A stretch of 64,000 nucleotides of DNA from a virus. Its lineage: Duplodnaviria > Caudoviricetes. The notes under the pieces were generated by a model. It saw nothing but the letters and a program-made list of their open reading frames with translations, was not told where the DNA came from and did no database searches. Shown here in pieces: positions 60,553-64,000 of the stretch. Made by a program: the position numbers and the translations under genes. The stretch is from IMG/VR virus record IMGVR_UViG_2913820460_000006, positions 1 to 64,000 of that record; one strand, 5' to 3'. Position 1 is the first letter of the stretch, and each line of letters opens with the position of its first letter.

Positions 60553-62523
60553 TTATTTTACTGTTAGTTGACTGTCTGTTGTAACCTGCAAGAATATCAT
60601 TTGTGCGTTGGAAGCAATGAATGTATTCACGCTTTCGGCACGGTCAATGAACATTGGAGCATAGACTTCGTAATGCCTTGCCAATGTGTTGGTGATGTCA
60701 ATACCTGCGTTCACTTGCTTTGCTGTATTGCACGTACCATAGGACACACCATCAATTATAGGGATACATACTTCGTATTCGTTTCCGTCAAGAGTGGTAT
60801 CGAAAAGTTTCCAGTGTACCATGCCAAACAGCGAGTTCAAACGGCTCTCACAATCATCAATGCGAGCTTTGGCAAACTTAGCAGCTATATATTCACGTTT
60901 CTCTATGTCGGCTATCTTCTGTGCGAGTTCACGACCTTCCTTTTCAAGACGCTCTATTTCTTTATCATAGTTGGCGATAATGGTACGGTTGTTTAGTTGG
61001 ATTTCCAAGTTCTTAATAGCAGATTTCACCAACTCGGCACGTTCGGACAGTTCGGTATCTGTCTGAGTATATGTGATATTTGCTATTTCTTTTTCTATCT
61101 CATCCAAACGTTTTAGGTTTGCTGCATACGCAGGCAGCTCGTTTTCGTTGATGGCGGACGGTGCTGCTTTCGGGGTGGATTTCAGACGATCATACAGCCC
61201 TGCAATACATTCGTCAATGGCAGTAATCTTTTTGGAATGCTCTACAAGTTCTTCATTACGCCTGTTTAATTCCTCTCGGTATGATTCGACTTGTGTCGAC
61301 AGGGATTTTCCACGTGATTGATTCTCTTTGAGCCTGTTTTGTTTATATTCTTCAAACTTTTGGAGAGCGTCTTGTATCATATTGTCGGGTAAAGGCTGGC
61401 CGCAATGAGGACAGATATTATCACCGGTGTACTGTGTGGCACGAATGGATGCCCATTCGGAACGTAATTCTTCAAGTCTGCTTGTTGTTCTAGTTATTTC
61501 TTCGTTCAAATACTTGATGCGTTCTTTTGCACGGGTAATGTCTATATTGCAATCCGATCGTTCGGAATGAATATTCTTCAACTCTTTCTCGATTTCATTA
61601 CGTGTTTCGTTCTGCTTATCGGCTTCCTCCTGACGACTTCTCCTTTCTGCGGCAAGAATATCCTTCTGTTGCTGTTCGATTTGCCGTTTTTCACGGTTCA
61701 GCGCAGCTTTTTTATCGATGGCAGATTGCTTGCGAGCATCTTCAGAATGCAGAAGTTCGTTTATTTCTTCCAGCTCTTTCTTTTTGTCGGTGAGCATTTC
61801 TTCCAATGAGTTCCAATCCTCGGCTTCTGGTTTCATCTTGTCCGTTTGGTCGATACGTGGCTTGATTTCATCCGCTTGCATTTTTAGACGTTTTTTCTCT
61901 GCGGCAATCTGCCGACGATAATCCGCCAATGATTTGCCACTCAACATGTCTACGAGAGCGGTAAATTCTGCATTTCCCTGCGCCAATTCGTTGTCTGTTT
62001 TGGCTCCGGCAATGGACATTAACACTTCACGTTGAACATCTTGTTTTAACGATAGGAAATACTCGGTATTGGTTAGCATCTTGAAAAGGTTCTCATCAAT
62101 GATTTCGGCATTTATACGTTCCTTATACTCATTGACACGAACAGGTACGCCGTCCCATGTGCATTCGGTGACATTCCCCTTGAACACTTCCTCTACTTGT
62201 CCACGAGGTTTGACCCATTGCTCCTTATACTCTCGTTTGATGGTAATTTCCGTTCCATCAACGACTAATGTTCCCTCTACGGAGCATTCACAATGCTGTA
62301 GGGGATTGCCCTTTTCGTCTGTGGTGCGCAAGTTGAAGTCTTTACGGTCTTTGCTGTCCTTGCCGAAAAGCAGCCAACAGAACGCATCCATGTGCCTGGA
62401 CTTGCCGAGACCGTTACGACCACAGATACGTGTAACAGTGCCATCTGTATGGAACTGTGTTGTCCTTTCTTTTTCTCCACGCCAGTTGCGAAGCGTGATT
62501 GATTTTAGCTGAATTGCTTTCAT
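60553..62523 (-). CDS. SbcC/Rad50-like AAA ATPase with long coiled coil and zinc hook
   Basis: ICGRNGLGKS Walker A, CPHCGQ hook, PMFIDRAES Walker B. Confidence 0.85.
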   Translation of the reverse strand: MKAIQLKSITLRNWRGEKERTTQFHTDGTVTRICGRNGLGKSRHMDAFCWLLFGKDSKDRKDFNLRTTDEKGNPLQHCECSVEGTLVVDGTEITIKREYKEQWVKPRGQVEEVFKGNVTECTWDGVPVRVNEYKERINAEIIDENLFKMLTNTEYFLSLKQDVQREVLMSIAGAKTDNELAQGNAEFTALVDMLSGKSLADYRRQIAAEKKRLKMQADEIKPRIDQTDKMKPEAEDWNSLEEMLTDKKKELEEINELLHSEDARKQSAIDKKAALNREKRQIEQQQKDILAAERRSRQEEADKQNETRNEIEKELKNIHSERSDCNIDITRAKERIKYLNEEITRTTSRLEELRSEWASIRATQYTGDNICPHCGQPLPDNMIQDALQKFEEYKQNRLKENQSRGKSLSTQVESYREELNRRNEELVEHSKKITAIDECIAGLYDRLKSTPKAAPSAINENELPAYAANLKRLDEIEKEIANITYTQTDTELSERAELVKSAIKNLEIQLNNRTIIANYDKEIERLEKEGRELAQKIADIEKREYIAAKFAKARIDDCESRLNSLFGMVHWKLFDTTLDGNEYEVCIPIIDGVSYGTCNTAKQVNAGIDITNTLARHYEVYAPMFIDRAESVNTFIASNAQMIFLQVTTDSQLTVK

Positions 62524-62553
62524 CTACTTTGATTTTTAATAGTGAAAAAATAG

Positions 62554-62640
62554 TGGGAGGAACAGGATTTGAACCTGTGTCCTGCTGCATCTTGGCCATT
62601 TGGGTACGTACCGCCGCTCTATCCGCTGAGCTATCCTCCC
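62554..62640 (-). ncRNA. tRNA-like element with canonical acceptor, D and T arms and an aberrant 31-nt anticodon region
   Basis: GGGAGGA/TCCTCCC-A acceptor, TA-GCTC-AGCGGATA-GAGC D arm, ACAGG-TTCAAAT-CCTGT T arm; anticodon cannot be assigned. Confidence 0.7.
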
Positions 62641-62643
62641 TTA

Positions 62644-62913
62644 TCATTTGAAATAGTCTTGTTGTAACCTTTGTAGTGTACGCAGTTCGATTGTGCGGTA
62701 TTCAACTTTGCCCGGACGCTTGCAGGGGGTTATTTTACCCTGCTTGCGCCATCTATCCACATTGCCACGCCCAAACATAGCGTATGCTTTTCGCTGGCTG
62801 ACCATTTCGGGGTCATTGTGTGTATCGGCAAGCATACGGACTACAGAGGACGCTACATCGCGGACGAAAGTGTCATAAGTAACGGATTTATCGGGAAAAT
62901 CAATAGTGAGCAT
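62644..62913 (-). CDS. Small winged-HTH/excisionase-like protein
   Basis: VSQRKAYAMFGRGNVDRWRKQGKI.P......VEY. Confidence 0.6.
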   Translation of the reverse strand: MLTIDFPDKSVTYDTFVRDVASSVVRMLADTHNDPEMVSQRKAYAMFGRGNVDRWRKQGKITPCKRPGKVEYRTIELRTLQRLQQDYFK

Positions 62914-62924
62914 AGGATTACGGA

Positions 62925-63137
62925 TTAAAGTGAATACTCTGCACGATAATTTTCATCGGTTTTAATGAAATATGTAAGCACTTTTATTAGGGAACGTTTA
63001 GAACCGGGCTTGGCAATAGAGTCAACCAGACTTTCTCTCTTTTGCTTGTCTGTAGCAATAAAGATGTAGCCCACGTGTCTTGCTTCCGGTTTAAGAGGCT
63101 TGATTTGAGAATTTAATTTTTTGAAATTGATAGACAT
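62925..63137 (-). CDS. Hypothetical protein
   Basis: ATG at 63137 (MSINFKKLNSQ) preferred over the longer ORF-track call. Confidence 0.5.
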   Translation of the reverse strand: MSINFKKLNSQIKPLKPEARHVGYIFIATDKQKRESLVDSIAKPGSKRSLIKVLTYFIKTDENYRAEYSL

Positions 63138-63156
63138 GATATTGTAAGTTAAGAGG

Positions 63157-63354
63157 TTATTTGTTTTCATTTTGAAACTCCATCCATGATATACGTACCA
63201 GTTTCCATGTGAGAAAGATGAATACAGCTGATACAAGATAGCCAATGAACGATGCGATGTTTCCAAGTATGATATGTGCCACAATGCTGACAACCACCGC
63301 AAAAAGCATGATGCAGGATAGTATCAGTTGTGAAATATTTACAAATTTGTTCAT
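63157..63354 (-). CDS. Small two-TM membrane protein
   Basis: 65 aa with two hydrophobic helices. Confidence 0.6.
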   Translation of the reverse strand: MNKFVNISQLILSCIMLFAVVVSIVAHIILGNIASFIGYLVSAVFIFLTWKLVRISWMEFQNENK

Positions 63355-63366
63355 GATGATTACAAA

Positions 63367-63558
63367 TTACGATATTCTGATTACTGTTATGATACGCTTT
63401 TCTCGGTCCGTTTCTGTCTGGTACTTACGATTCAGGATAAGTCCGAGATCGGAAGCCTGAGCACGGACGCTCTTAGTCTTTTCAATGGGGAAAGTAACCG
63501 TTTTACCTACTTCCAAATCCGTTAAAGTTGGACGTACTTTTACTTGATTTTCTGCCAT
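63367..63558 (-). CDS. First early gene, small Cro/Xis-like DNA-binding candidate
   Basis: 63 aa, divergent from the repressor and downstream of a canonical promoter. Confidence 0.6.
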   Translation of the reverse strand: MAENQVKVRPTLTDLEVGKTVTFPIEKTKSVRAQASDLGLILNRKYQTETDREKRIITVIRIS

Positions 63559-63598
63559 TTTATTTGTTTTTTATGGGTTATTGTTTAACTTTATAGTG

Positions 63599-63630
63599 CA
63601 AAACTAATATATTTATTCGTGGCGAACAAA
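63599..63630 (-). promoter_or_regulatory. Canonical Bacteroidetes primary-sigma promoter for the early leftward operon, overlapped by an operator-like palindrome
   Basis: Minus strand TTTG-N20-TAGTTTTG; TTTATTCG-TGG-CGAACAAA at 63612-63630 spans the spacer and -33 box. Confidence 0.75.
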
Positions 63631-63699
63631 TATTTTCGTCATAAAATTTAGTGTATGCGAAATTAAATATTAGTCGACTAATTCAAGTTCCTGTAAATC

Positions 63700-64000
63700 A
63701 TGAATTTAGAAATTGTTAGAAAATTGAGCGAAAACAGAGGTGGTGGATTAAAGAAACTTGCTGCTGATGTTGGAATGAGCGAACAAAATCTACATAGATG
63801 CATTAGAAACAATAAGATTCAAGCGGCAGACTTAGAGAAGATTGCTTTTCTATTAAAAGCTGACATACGAATTTTTTTTGATGATGAAGTATCAAGACTA
63901 TCAAATAATACAGTTGAAACAAACGGCGATTTTAGTCCTGCTTCGATGATGGGCAACGTGTCTGTAGGCACAGATGCTATTCTTGTAGAACGAGTGAAGC
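63700..64000 (+). CDS. XRE-family HTH phage repressor (truncated by window end)
   Basis: MNLEIVRKLSENRGGGLKKLAADVGMSEQNLHRCIRNNKIQAADLEKIAFLLKADIRIFF...; divergent from the early operon. Confidence 0.8.
   Translation, partial: MNLEIVRKLSENRGGGLKKLAADVGMSEQNLHRCIRNNKIQAADLEKIAFLLKADIRIFFDDEVSRLSNNTVETNGDFSPASMMGNVSVGTDAILVERVK

Larger units (their letters stand above)
1..64000. mobile_element. Temperate Bacteroidales phage/prophage (podovirus-like, DGR-bearing); extends beyond the right edge, att sites not identified
   Basis: Integrase, terminase, portal, capsid, lysis, replication/recombination and repressor genes fill the window; Bacteroidetes-type TAnnTTTG promoters; no host housekeeping genes seen. 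Confidence 0.95.

Noticed and set aside
1-64000. attL/attR sites and alternative genetic code
   Set aside because: No terminal direct repeat was recognisable and both ends appear to lie at or beyond the window edges. Long genes are intact under the standard code, so recoding is not needed.

Overview
The whole window is a temperate Bacteroidales (Bacteroides/Phocaeicola-type) phage genome or prophage, inferred to be podovirus-like because no tape measure or tail tube gene is recognisable. It runs from a tyrosine integrase at base 1 to a repressor truncated at the right edge. It contains terminase subunits, portal, scaffold, major capsid, ejection-type proteins, a 5546-aa polyvalent protein (ParB-like, PPase, adenine MTase, SNF2 helicase, peptidase modules), a lysis cassette and a long leftward early/replication operon. 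A complete diversity-generating retroelement (DGR) is directly visible: TR 39945-40060 and VR 38933-39048 align over 116 bp with 18 mismatches, all at TR adenines, and the RT is at 40164-41654. A RelE/HTH toxin-antitoxin pair sits between VR and TR and no avd gene is evident. Less expected signals: (i) a C5 cytosine methyltransferase split over two nested reading frames, the nested chain carrying five LLPTP modules and motif IX; (ii) two small +1-frame ORFs with Bacteroidetes-type start contexts nested inside the giant gene; (iii) a six-copy promoter motif GKAAAWAGWTAA-N24-TAnnTT(T/C)G ahead of late operons, one copy pointing antisense to the integrase; (iv) a helically phased array of 17-bp palindromes next to terS; (v) a tRNA-shaped element with an expanded anticodon arm; (vi) a rhomboid protease overlapping terL. 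All family calls come from motif recognition by eye; no database searches were run.
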